Origin: Podarcis muralis
Taxonomy: Eukaryota
Assembly: GCF_964188315.1 (NCBI RefSeq)
Contig: NC_135657.1
Coordinates: forward strand, 42,346,001 to 42,410,000
Length of the DNA stretch: 64,000 bases
Direction: 5' to 3'
A program made the translations under genes and the position numbers. Of the stretch, positions 1 through 11,673 are shown piece after piece. The notes beneath the pieces are model-generated. The model was not told the origin of the DNA. It worked only from the letters and a program-made list of their open reading frames with translations, and did no database searches. Each line of letters begins with the position of its first letter. The first letter of the stretch is position 1.

Positions 1-94
1 TCTGGGATAACTGCGCCAAGCCCCTTCAGGGCAACGGGATGAAGGCTCTCCCTGCCCAAAGACGCTGCGCACGGCTAAGGCAGAAGCCAGGACT

Positions 95-206
95 GTGTGA
101 CTGGCCCAAGGTCACCCAGCAGCTGCATGTGGAGGAGCGGAGACGCGAACCCGGTTCCCCAGATTACGAGACTACCGCTCTTAACCACTACACCACACTG
201 GCTCTC
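95..206 (-). mobile_element. 5' part of a tRNA-derived Squam3-like SINE
   Basis: Reverse complement of the head GAGAGCCAGTGTGGTGTAGTGGTTAAGAG shared with the copies at 11420, 25450 and 38920. Confidence 0.8.
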
Positions 207-294
207 TGGAGAAGGAACAGAAGGGTCTCCTTCTGTACCTCCTCCCGCTTCACTGAACGGGCGTTGCGCAGCTCTCCCTCTCTGCCCAGCGCCA

Positions 295-376
295 TTCGCT
301 CCATAAGACGCACTCACATTTCCCCTTACCTTTTAGGAGGAAAAAAAGTGCGTCTTATGGAGCGAAAAATACAGTA
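295..376. mobile_element. Right end of a Tc2/mariner-type non-autonomous DNA transposon
   Basis: 19-bp perfect inverted pair (295-313 / 348-366), ending gagcgaaaaatacag followed by TA. The left end is probably outside the window. Confidence 0.6.
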
Positions 377-723
377 CCTTGTGTGTAAAAGGAAGATTAC
401 CCATGGCACTTTAGGTCGCATTCTCCCAGATCTTTGTCATAATTTCTCAAGCAGTTATTTTGTCATTTCCTTAGCACTTATTGCTGTACAAATGCTTACA
501 TTCTTAATCAGGAGCCAAAGAGCTCCATGTGGTGCTCATGTATCATCTGAGTCCCACATGCTTCACTGATGGTGAGCCTTGAGCTGCCCTGAATAGGTAC
601 CTCCCTGAATAAGGGAACCTCTAGAGCAGGTGTTCCCAAACTGGCCTGTGGACCACCAGTGCCCTGTGGCATGTCCTTATTGAATATTCATACTAAGTTG
701 CATTACTGTTCCCTTCCTTCTAG

Positions 724-786
724 GAGCCTTGGCCTTCATTTCTGACTAATTCAAAAAATGGTGGACTCTCTATACCAAAGAGTGTG
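724..786 (+). CDS. TFB2M: TFB2M internal coding exon (probably exon 6), EPWPSFLTNSKNGGLSIPKSV
   Basis: Acceptor cttccttctag, donor gtaagc, 63 nt, phase 0/0. Resembles the EPWSSF..PK segment of mammalian TFB2M and splices in frame to the next exon. Confidence 0.88.
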
Positions 787-1207
787 GTAAGCTAAACATA
801 CTTGAATGATTAAGGAAATGCTGTGTGAATGCAAACGTTCTCAAATTCATTGAACTATTGTCCAGATTGCTGTTTTAGTGAGGGATACACAGGCTCATTC
901 AGCTGTGCACTTAGCAATCAGCTCTCAGTCTCCAAAATGCTTTTCACGTAAGCCAAATCTATATTGGTAGGGCTAGCGTCAGCAGCACTCATTGAAAATC
1001 CAGGTTGCAACATCTTTGTTGCTATACTTTTGCAATAATTGCCATGTCATTGTCATTGAATGGGGTTGGGGGTTGTTAATATGGCGATCCAAACAAAATT
1101 GGTGCACATTATGCAAAATCCTGACTAGTGAATAAACTAGCATTTATTGGACCTCAGTGAAGGTTCGATTTTGCTTGGTAGCAGCCCAGTGGAACAGGGA
1201 GTAAAGC

Positions 1208-1239
<32 letters not shown>

Positions 1240-1243
<4 letters not shown>

Positions 1244-1302
1244 TCATAGAGTTGGAATAGACCACAAGGGCCATCGAGTCCAACCCCCTGCCAAGCAGGA
1301 AA
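1240..1302 (-). mobile_element. CR1-type 3' tail fragment next to an (AC)n run
   Basis: agaatcatagagttggaa..gagtccaaccccctgcc is the reverse complement of the CR1-type GGGGGTTGGAC..CCAACTCTATGATTCT end; (AC)n at 1210-1240. Confidence 0.65.
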
Positions 1303-2578
1303 CGAGAGAGAGAGAGAAATGACGAACTTCCTACTAGAGATGAATGGTTACCCAAACCTACAGAATATGCAGAATTAGCCTCTCTTTCTGAAAGAATCAG
1401 AGACAAACCCAGACAGGAGTTCATTCTAGAATGGGGTAATTTCAAGAACTACTTGAAAAATAGTTGCAATATAAGCATGGTAGTTGCCTTTGAATGATTT
1501 CTGTAAATAATATATATAAAGGAAAATGACATCAAAATAGAAAAGCAAATTTTAAAAAATAATGACAAATTAAAGTAATATGTTTATTACAAAGGGAAAC
1601 ATGGAGAAAATGGGAGGTCTTATGTTTGTGTAGAAAACACATAGTTGAAATTTTATGTAATTTTCTTTGTGAACAGATATCCTTATTGGACTGACTGAAA
1701 TGAAGATAACTACATGTTGTATAGATACGGAAAATGAGTAATAAAGCATTTAAAAATCCAAAGAGAGAGAAAGAGCAAAGAATACCGATTGTAACTGTAA
1801 TAGTAGCTGGACAGCCATCTGTCAGCATTACATGGGTTGGGCTGGATGAGCCTTGGAATCTCTTTCAGCTCTACCATTCTATGAGTCTATGTGTTATTCA
1901 GTTTATTGATCTGGAAAGAAATGAAAAATGGAAATGATATGAAATAGAATTATGAATCTTACACTAATATAGAAAATGGAAAAATAATATATATAGGAAT
2001 TAATACAGTATTCAGTAAAATATGATTAAATGATTAACAATTGGGCATGATTTGCATATGGGTTAACATTTGCCATTGAATTAAAAGGCAGCATTGACAA
2101 AGCAATCAATCTAGATAAGTAACAACTCCTGTCTCCCTCCAGCCCATCTAGTTATGAAATAATTCTAAGTTCCCAGCATATTAGAGCAATCAAAATTCAT
2201 AGTTGTCAAACATAGGGTGGTAGACCAAATCCAGTCCTTAGAGTGGGCAAGCCAGATAGCAGCACAAAAAGCAGAAAGAATAATCTAGAAAAACTGGGTA
2301 TGTCTTTTGTAACAGTCAGCAGCAAGATCCGAGGGCTGGGCATTTCCATCGGATAAACATTCCCATCAATTTCACTGTTTATATGAGCAGATCCACATAA
2401 AACATGGACTAAGAATTACCATAATTCATCAGGGGAGGGAATGAGCAACTGAGACCCCTGTTGTATGAGGGGTTCCCCACACACTGACCTATGATACACT
2501 TGCAGTGTTGGTCAGGTAAAAGACACATGAATTAAATTCTTATATTAATATGTTTTAAATTTTTTGTGTTATATGCAG

Positions 2579-2730
2579 CTGCTGCAGAATGACCACTTAT
2601 GCTTAATACGGCTGACGCCAAGGAAGAATTTGTTTACAGACAGCTTGACAACTAGTAATTCAAGAATATTTGTTGTGATGGTGAAGCAATGCCTTGCTAA
2701 AAGCAAGACTAAACTAATAGATAAATTAAA
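2579..2730 (+). CDS. TFB2M: TFB2M penultimate coding exon, LLQNDHLCLIRLTPRKNLFTDSLTTSNSRIFVVMVKQCLAKSKTKLIDKL(N)
   Basis: Acceptor tgcag, donor gtaagt, 152 nt, phase 0/2. Resembles TFB2M LIQMIPRQNLFT..LKHCF..VIDHL. Confidence 0.93.
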
Positions 2731-3622
2731 GTAAGTAAAAGTCTATTTCTTTAGCTGACATCCAGCGTGGAAAAGAATTTAGTCGGATATGGCACTTGGC
2801 GTAAACCTGAACAATATTATATAGAATTTGCTTAAGTTTCAAAACGCTGCACATCTTTAGATGTGTGACTAACGTTTGGGAAGACTAGTTGGCTTTGTGG
2901 CTGGATACCTGAGCACAGTGGCTGGCAGCCAAGTGGTTACTGAGCCAGTTTGACTCTTGAATTTTTTAAAACAGCAGAGGCCCTCCGTCCCATTGCCATA
3001 TCAAATACTATATTTAAAAGCTGCTTTTATTTAAACATGGTTGGTTATTTGGCATGGAAAACACAAGGCCAAAACCCTTTGGGAATGTAGAACTAGTTGC
3101 TTGGTTATTTGGATCCTGAACAAAGATCTATTTTAGGCATGCCTAAGGTAGGAATGTTTACTCTGAACAGGAGTCACAGTGCCATACCAAAAGCTGCTTC
3201 TGGGATTTCTTTCATTGCAGCAATAAGAAAAGGGAGGTTGGTGCTTGATAAACTTAAGTTCCACCCACTGCCAGAGGTTTCAATATTGGCCATTTTATGT
3301 TTTAGACAGTCTTCATTTGTATACATGTATCCTCAAAAGCATCCTGGAAACATGCTGTGATGCATTAACTTAAACACTGAAATCAGCGTTTGCGTTTTGG
3401 GGTTTCATGATGGTGACAAGAGACCCTGTGTTGCATAATTAGTTTAGCCATTGGAGTTATATTCACAATCTAACTGTTAATGGAAAATAATGACGTTTTA
3501 AGGAATGAAATCTGAGATCCATGTTAAAGTTTGGCTTTGTTTTAATAAGGTACTGAGCGGCATTATCTTTAAGTATCCCATTGTGACCAATTCCCTCTCC
3601 CCCCGCCTTTCTTCTGTTTCAG

Positions 3623-3812
3623 TTTATGGAGTTCCCAAGGTGGGAAGGAATTGTTGAGACAGTTGGAGATACCAGAAAACATTACAACGGGTAGTCTATA
3701 TCCAGAGCAGTACAAAAGCCTTTTTGAGATTATGGAACAAACTAATGAATTTGACCAAAGCTGGCTCTATGATGAAGATTCTTTGGAGGATAGCAGGGGC
3801 ATCAATTTTTAA
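3623..3812 (+). CDS. TFB2M: TFB2M last coding exon, (N)LWSSQGGKELLRQLEIPENITTGSLYPEQYKSLFEIMEQTNEFDQSWLYDEDSLEDSRGINF*
   Basis: Acceptor ttctgtttcag; phase 2 completes AAT; stop TAA at 3810-3812. The P-x-x-(F/Y)K-x-LFE..WLYDE C-terminal signature matches TFB2M. Position upstream of SMYD3 matches known synteny. Confidence 0.93.
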
Positions 3813-4132
3813 ACTGAAACTGAAAAGGAGCTTGATATGGTGCAAATGATAGTGGCCTGAAACCTCTTTACCAGTGAGGATAATTTAGTTGATAAATTAT
3901 CAGGTGATAAATTATGAAGGTGATACCACATGAAAATTCAACATCTTACACATGCCCGATTTGTCCTCCATGGGAAATTTCATGTCATTGCATTTTCTAA
4001 GGTGCAAGGCAAAATCCTTTGTTGTTCAGAACATAGTGAACTGTTTTCAGTCCTGTTATTATTCCTTGTATTACAGCAGAGCTACTTTTGGAATATAAGG
4101 CAAACATGGCATACACTGCAGTTTGCCTCAAA

Positions 4133-4492
4133 AATAAATATAAAGCTTGAAATCCATAGACTTGCACATTTAAAAAAACCATCAGGTACTGTAAACCAAA
4201 AATTTGCCAAAAGAAGCAAGAAAATGTTCATTTCTGGTTTAAAGACTTGTGCTCAAATACTTGAGTTACTCTAGAACGGGCCCCCCCATGGAAAAATGTT
4301 TGCAAAAATTGCTCTGCCTTTATATATATATATTGTATAAACTTATGTAAATAGTATATAGTGAATGCACTTCAGTTATCCTGTTTTCTGACCAGGATGT
4401 TAACTACTATGTAAAATAAAAGAGGTTTGTCTCATCACAAACCTTTTTCTAATTTATAAAAATGTAAATATTTTCATTAAAATTGCAATAAA
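4133..4492 (+). terminator. TFB2M: Candidate TFB2M polyadenylation signals
   Basis: AATAAA at 4133-4138, 4415-4420 and 4487-4492, downstream of the stop. Which one is used cannot be told from sequence. Confidence 0.5.
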
Positions 4493-5350
4493 ACACTATT
4501 TCTAGTCAAGAGACTGATTTCTTTTGCAACTATATCGTCCTGTCTACCCAGGCTCTTGTACAATGTTGTTGAAGAGCTGCACGAAAATTTCTCAAATATA
4601 ATAGCCAGAATCAAATTAAGTAATTCTGATAGTGCAGAAATTTCCATCTGTACAGCAAAACTTTCCCCTTGCTCGCTCTTCCCTTTTCCCACTTCATTCT
4701 CCCCAAGTTTGCTCTAGAGGAATTTGCTGGGGCAGAGGAAGAGGAAGGGAACTCGTACGGCCCGAACTCCTTGTTCTAAGAACTAGTTTGTTGTTTGACT
4801 GCCGTAGAGGGGCGGGGGAAAGATACTGCAAGCTTCTTTGTGCATACTGTTTGTGCTGTTGAGGAAGTAATGTATATAAAGCCAAAGACAGTTGGGAAAT
4901 GGGGGGGGGGGGGAAGGATAGATTATTAAAATGGAAGGACCTGTAATCACTCCTTGCACAAGGAAATCTGCAATCATAAGAAATGAATGTAGGAGGAGGA
5001 GGAGGAGGATGAAATTTATTATTATTAGATTCACTAGTACGTCTTAGGGTGAGTTACAGTAATTTAAAAGGAGTAGTTGAACTCCTGTTTTGTTTCTTTA
5101 AAATGTGTTGGATTCAGATAAAAGCTGCAATTCTGCAAAGTACTTACCTGAATTCAGTGATGACTTACTTCTGAGTAGACATGTACAGAACTGCATTGTA
5201 AGTTAGCTGTACTTGTTTCATTTGATTTCAGTGGGAATTAACAACAGTCCAATTATACCTGCTCTGAAGTAAGTCTAATGTCAGTGGAGCTTACTCCCAA
5301 GTAAGTAGGGGTAGTACTGCAGCTTAAGTCATTACTAACTTTTCACATTT

Positions 5351-5712
5351 AGGTAAAGATAAAGGTACCCCTGCCCGTACGGGCCAGTCTTGACAGACTC
5401 TAGGGTTGTGCGCCCATCTCACTCAAGAGGCCGGGGGCCAGCGCTGTCCGGAGACACTTCCGGGTCACGTGGCCAGCGTGACATCGCTGCTCTGGCGAGC
5501 CAGAGCCGCACACGGAAACGCCGTTTACCTTCCCGCTAGTAAGCGGTCCCTATTTATCTACTTGCACCCGGGGGTGCTTTCGAACTGCTAGGTTGGCAGG
5601 CGCTGGGACCGGACAACAGGAGCGCACCCCGCCGCGGGGATTCGAACCGCCGACCTTTCGATCGGCAAGCCCTAGGCGCTGAGGCTTTTACCCACAGCGC
5701 CACCCGCATCCC
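5351..5712 (-). mobile_element. Sauria SINE (Squam1/POM-like), full length
   Basis: Reverse complement starts GGGATGCGGGTGGCGCTGTGGGT, has B box GGTTCGAATCCC and ends with a (TTTACC)-type tail. Homologous to the copy at 44038. Confidence 0.85.
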
Positions 5713-8700
5713 TCTAGAACCACAGCAGTTCTGTGCTCTTACTTGGGAATAAGCAACACTGAAAACTATGAGCTTCCTTTTGAGTATTATGATTATTATT
5801 TACTTGTTGCATTGTACAAAATGTTTGTCTCAAAGCGACTTACTTTTTTTAAAAAAACCCGATATTAAAATATATCAAAAAAATTAAAACATTATCTAAA
5901 AGTGCTCATGCTGCAAGTACACATGTATAGGATTGTGATATTAATTTGAACCCTGCCAATAATTCCTTTCCAACTTTTCCCAAGTGCCCAAGCCAGTTTA
6001 CAGCATTATGTAAGTAACATTATGTAAACCACTAACAGGCAAAGCAATCCTTAATGTGTGAGACAACTAATATGCTAGCTCAATGCTTCAGAAATAAAAT
6101 AAGCTGAAACATATTTGCGTGGGGTGGGGGCAGGAAGGAAGGAAGAAGCAGGCAGTGTGCTGATAAAAACAATTATAGCCCTAATACAGAGAACATGCTG
6201 AAAATATTTTGAAAAGTACTGCTGAACATCAAGAAACGGGACCTAGATAACTGGCCTTTTAAATTGTGAGTTGGACCCTGACTTTAAGTGGCCCACATTA
6301 GAAGTACCACAACCATTTTCTTCTTGTTTTTTAAGATTGGGAGAAAATTGGGGGTGGCAGAAGGATGGTAGAATTACCCATTACAATACACACCGAGTTC
6401 TTCCAGTCAACATGGTTGGAAAAATCTAATCTTAATTTAACAACCCGGTAAAAGTGCTCAGAAAACTTTTGATGTCTGACTGTTGCATTATTTAAGGAGG
6501 GACAATTTTTCCTTTGAGAATAAGGAGTCATATTGCATTGCAAAGTAGAATCGGTTACCTGTAGCAAACACTATTCTTAGCAACATGATCTCATTTGACA
6601 ACGATACAATGTCATGCTAGTAAGTCACAAAGAACACTGTACAGGAGCAACATTATACAACTATCCTTGAAGGTCAGATAATAATCTAAAACACTATCTT
6701 CATTGGGCAGAGGGCTTTATTAATGCAAGTATGCAGAGCCTGAAATTATATAACAAAAAGGTCTTGAAACAGGCTGTTGAAACATTTGTATTGTTTTACC
6801 TGAAGATGTTTAAACAACTATATTAAAATCCAGAGATGAATTAAGATGTTCATTAAAAAAGCAAATAACATATCTTAGCACCTTACATTATTTTAAATAC
6901 ATCCACTTTTGTAGAGTATCTCTTTAGTTTGACTCTGCATATTAATATTTGAATCAAAGTGAAAGCAGGAAATAGCTAAGGAATCTGAGAAATTGTGTTG
7001 TTGTGCCACCTGCCTGTCATTTGGAATGTGTGCTAGTTTACAGTCTTTCTAGACAAGGGACACTCTTTAACAAAATTTATATATTGCTTGACTGTAAAGA
7101 TAAAAATAAAATAGCTACTAATGTAAGCATTAGCCATGTTGTGCTGTTTCCAGGACAAATGCAAACTGTAGGTCACAACAATCCAAAACAAGATAACATT
7201 GCATTTTCCATTTGTAAGCAAAAGATGGTAATGATTTTTTTTAAAAAAAATCTTTTATTTTATTTTTATCCTATTGTCCCACCCCAGCTCAGAGCTCCTA
7301 CATTTTATTCTCATAACAACCAATAAGGTAAACTAAGCTGTGATGTTACAATCCTATGGTCACTCATTCTTTGATGCCTTTTCAGTGCAGTTTGTGGCTG
7401 AGTGAAGAGCTGAATGTATGCCCAAGTTCTAAATCTAACATTCTAGTTGCTGCACCACACTGAGTTTCAGTTGAGGGCACACTTGACACCATTCTCATGT
7501 GTATCTTCAAACCTGTGTTCATGTGTCTCCAAAATACTTCTTTTCCAAATTATATTTGATATGCACAAGCCCAGGACTGGGGGACTCAGTTCTGTGGCAG
7601 GCCACGTGTTTTGCATACATGGAGTTTTGGGTTTAGTCTCTGGTATCCTGGCCCAAGGGAGCAGAAAACAGCATTCAAATTGCAAGTAAGCCAAACACAT
7701 AATGGTAATGTATTTGTATTTTAAAAATACTTTTAATCTTAATAATCTGGATTGCTGGTATTAAAGGGGTTGGCAAATTGCCCTTCTTGAAGAGATATCT
7801 CCTACATATACATATCTAAAGGGCAGGGCTCAAATTTTACCTATGGCACTTTTTTGACCTATGGCACTTGGTAACTCAATGCCATCACTATATGCAAATG
7901 TCTGGATCATTTAAGGCTTTATAGAAACTTTATTCTCAGTATGATGGAACTCACTGGTGAAGAATACTTTTATTTAAAAAAAAATATTGTAAAGGGAATC
8001 TTTGTATGAGTTAATAATTTACTATCCTTTTAGAGCTCATCTGTATCTTTGTACTTCTGCCCTTCCAGGGCTGTGACTTTACTGTTTCAATTTTTGATTT
8101 CTTTCTTTCTTTTATGCTTTGTTATGTTGCAAGACTCTTTTCTGTCCCGTCCCCTCCCCTCCTGCAACGGACCCACCAGCGAAGAAGGGGTGAATGAAGA
8201 TCTACAGCAGGAAGAAGGGTGGGAGACCAGCAGCTGCTCTTATTCCTTAATAGGCTACTGTAGACGTGGCACTGGGGAGGGCTGCCAAGGAAGTGGCAGA
8301 TCTGGCCTCCAAGAAGCACGTGGCAGCAGCTGAGGCGGCAGCAGTGGGTGATGCATTTCTTGGAGGCTGGATGTGCTGCCTTCTGTCACCCGAGGCAGTA
8401 ATTCACCTTGCCTCATGAGTGGACCAACCCTGAGATTAAGGCTCCAGTCCCAGCCCCACATTAATTCAGTATGTCTTACTTATGAGATGATGTTGGTTAG
8501 GGTTGTGCTGTGACACAGATCTGTAAATGGTGATTGACATAGTAACTGTGGGCAATATCTTAAATAAGCTTAAATCTGATTTTGCAACCCGATCCCGAAT
8601 ATGTTTACTCAGAAGTAATCTCCATTGATTTGATGAGGTTAAGCACGTTTTGGATTGCAGCCATAAATTGGGAAATTATTTCCCAATGTGCTTCTGGAAG

Positions 8701-8759
8701 AGCCTAGCCTCCTACAGACGGTGCAAGATATAATTCTAATTGCCCTTTAAAGGCCACAT

Positions 8760-9420
8760 CCTCGAGTGTCTAAACCCGGTTTTTTTTTGGGGGGGGTGTA
8801 GGGGAGGAGTGCACATGCGCTTCCCATCTTGCTGAGCTTGACGCCGCGGGGTGGGGGCGCCCTGAAGCCGGGCGCCTCTTGTCCGTACCAAAGATGGTTC
8901 CGGCGGCGACACAAGCGGCATCACGTGGGACCAGAGGCGGGAAGGGCCCTGTGGGCCCGGGCGCCTCTCTTCGCTCTGTGCAAGCGGCGATGGAGAAGTT
9001 TGCCAGCCCGGGCAAAGGCAACGGCCTGCGCTCCTCGAAGGCGGTGAAGCCGGGAGAGCTGCTGTACCGCGCGGAGCCCTTCGCTTACACCGTCAGCAAG
9101 AAGCGCCTGGGAGGCGTGTGCGAGCGCTGCCTGCGCAGGTATTGGCTGGGCTTCCCGCGCTCCGCGTCCCTCGCCGGGTCGGCCGCCCGTCCGCCCTCTC
9201 TACTTTCTTTGGCTGGGCGGCGCTGCTGTGCTGCGAACATTTGCGCAGCGCAGGGCATGGTATTCATGCGCCGCAGCTCCCTTCCAGCACCGCCTTTCCT
9301 TGCTGCGGCTGTGGAGTCTCTTGCCCGTCAGTACAGCAGGCACAGGCGAATTGGCTGGAAGTGGGTGGGGCGGGAAGTGGTCCTGGCAACGCTGGGAAGT
9401 GTAGCTGCTGTCTCTGGGTG
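8760..9420 (+). promoter_or_regulatory. SMYD3: SMYD3 CpG-island promoter and first exon region
   Basis: Sharp GC/CpG-rich island in an AT-rich background. Contains NRF1-like GCACATGCGC (8811-8820), ETS core TTCCGG (8898-8903), E-box CACGTG (8922-8927) and GC boxes. No TATA seen. Confidence 0.85.
8990..9138 (+). CDS. SMYD3: SMYD3 exon 1 coding part, MEKFASPGKGNGLRSSKAVKPGELLYRAEPFAYTVSKKRLGGVCERCLR(R)
   Basis: N-terminal SET segment (G-K-G-N-G-L-R..PGELL) plus the first MYND CxxC. Kozak gcggcgATGG; donor AG|gtattg in phase 2. The start could instead be the in-frame ATG at 8894. Confidence 0.95.
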
Positions 9421-9939
9421 GACTTAAACCCGGTGCTCTATTACTACTACTACTATTAGAATTTATATACCACCCTATACTCAGAGGTCTCAGGGCAGTT
9501 CACAGAATAAAATCAAAATATAAAAGCCAATGCTTCAATGCTTCTTAAATTAAATTCTTAATGAAACATGTACAAGACTGCTGATGTTTTAAGAACTGCA
9601 CAGAAGTCTCCTTGCTTTGGCTACACTAATAAGTTACCAGTGAACGAATAAGTTCACTGGTAATTTCTTTTGAGCAATATTTTTTAATGGTACAGTGTGC
9701 TAGCAAGGCAATATTGTAATGTATACAGCTTTTGGCTGTTAAAACACCAACTTGGAATGTAAGGAAATAATTTAAAAATGGGAAATCTTTAAATATTAAT
9801 TCTCAAATATTTTATGATAATTTCAGAAATATGGGAGAGAATAGTTATTCACTATATACTGTTCCTTAGTATAGGTCATAAACAGAAGTGGTCCTGGCAA
9901 TGCTGTGAAGTGTAGCTGCAGTCTCTTGGTAGACTTAAC

Positions 9940-10290
9940 TACTACTACTACTACTATTTGAATTTATATACTGTCCTATACCCAGAGGTCTCAGGGCAGT
10001 TCATAGAATAAAATCAAAATATAAAACCACAAAATACATAAATTAAAAAAATAACAACCACCCAATAACCCCTGCCTCTCCCCCAAAACACCAACCACAT
10101 TTTAAAAGGGCACATAGGATGTCAATCAAATCAACCAAAGGCCTGGTTAAAAAGGAACAGTATGCCGCATGCATAGATTGAGGCGGCCGCCTGGTATTGG
10201 AAACTTGCCACAGCCACTGAGACAGTAGTCATCCTCCTCATGGGGTGGGTTTGCATTTTGGCCAGATAGGCACAAATTTAAGACCAATCT
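9940..10290 (-). mobile_element. L2-type LINE 3' fragment; its tail is also duplicated at about 9445-9525
   Basis: Reverse complement ttttatattttgattttattct..tgaactgccctgagacctctgggtatagg..tataaattc with an (AGT)n tail is a squamate L2-like 3' end. Confidence 0.6.
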
Positions 10291-11419
10291 GTGGGCCCTG
10301 CAAGTTGGACTCCAGCTCTCATCAGCCCCAGAACAGCCAGTGGTCAGGGATTATGGGAACTGTAGCCCAAGGATATGAAAGGCCAAAGGGTAACCACCCT
10401 TGTTTTTAAGATGTGATGATGAAACAATGGGCATCTCCTTACAAGATTATTCAGCGCTTGATGGCTTGTGGCAGGATGCTGGAAGTGACTCAAGTGATGA
10501 AGAGTGTGAGGTGATATGAAAGTGCTGTTGTGTGGTGTTAGATTTGTGATGGCATGTTTATACACGCAAGCTATGACTTGAAGCATGCAAGTGTTTCATC
10601 CTATTATTTTTGAAGAAGTGATTTCGTAGCTGCTCCAAAGCTTGCCCTCCGCTTCCCTCTCCATTCCTTTTGAGTCATACTGCATAGCGAGCCTGCAGGT
10701 AGGGACCGTCTGTGATCCCTTAATAGCTGTACAGTGCTTAGAAGAAGTTAGGCACTTCGTAGATGTTAAATAATAATGTCTTTCACACTGGTTGGGAATG
10801 GTGGAATGAAAGGGCAGTGCAGATTCTGAGGGGAAAAGCTCACCCTCACATATGCAAGTTGTGGAGGTAAATGCCACAAGATTGTTCATTAGCTAAAATT
10901 TCAATTGGAGTACCGCCAAAAGGGCCATGCTAGTTTATCTCAGCATTATCACTGACTAGCACTGACTGGTCTTTCCCAATGACATTTGACAGGCGTCTCC
11001 TATTTGTTTTGTAGCCAAATGTGTAACCACAAGTTGTTCATAATTTGAAAAGCATTTTTCTTGGTCACTCAAATCTCTGGTCATCTTTCAGCCATTCAAA
11101 TAGTTTCACTGGTGATTTCCCCACTGCCCTCATTTCTCCACATTGGCATTATTCTCTTCTCTTCCTGTTGTTATTTCCCTGCTGTTTACTGTCTCTTTCT
11201 TGCTGTTATAAGCTAAATGGTCTCAAATTTTTAGGTCAGACTCAAATTTATTTACCTTTTCCACAGTTGTTCCAGATGATGGACCAATAGAATTTAAGAA
11301 GGTGCCAGATATTGAGTTAGACTGATGTATCCATAAGTTTTATTATTTTGGCTATAAGATTATTCACTAGGATTTTGTAGACTTGGAATAGCATCATTAG
11401 ACATAAACTTTTGTGTTTT

Positions 11420-11673
11420 GAGAGCCAGTGTGGTGTAGTGGTTAAGAGCGGTGGACTCGTGATCTGGTGAACCGGGTTTGCGTCTCCGCTCCTCCACATG
11501 CAGCTGCTGGGTGACCTTGGGCCAGTCACACTTCTTTGAAGTCTCTCAGCCCCACTCACCTCACAGAGTGTTTGTTGTGGGGGAGGAAGGGAAAGGAGAA
11601 TGTTAGCCGCTTTGAGACTCCTTAAAGGGAGTGAAAGGCGGGATATCAAATCCAAACTCTTCTTCTTCTTCTT
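11420..11673 (+). mobile_element. Squam3-like tRNA-derived SINE, full length
   Basis: tRNA-like head, MIR-like core GGGTGACCTTGGGCCAGTCAC, (TTC)n tail, probable TSD tttgtgtttt on both sides. Confidence 0.85.

Noticed and set aside
39-569. 176-aa ORF, and similar ORFs at 11317-11655 and 38805-39197
   Set aside because: They run through SINE and MITE sequence. The shared peptide text simply reflects the same SINE family.
3865-3885. Iron-responsive element in the TFB2M 3' UTR (CAGTGA)
   Set aside because: The flanks (tttac / ggata) cannot form the required 5-bp upper stem.
8879-9427. 182-aa single-exon ORF
   Set aside because: It is SMYD3 exon 1 read through the donor at 9139. Similarity to SMYD3 stops at the splice site.
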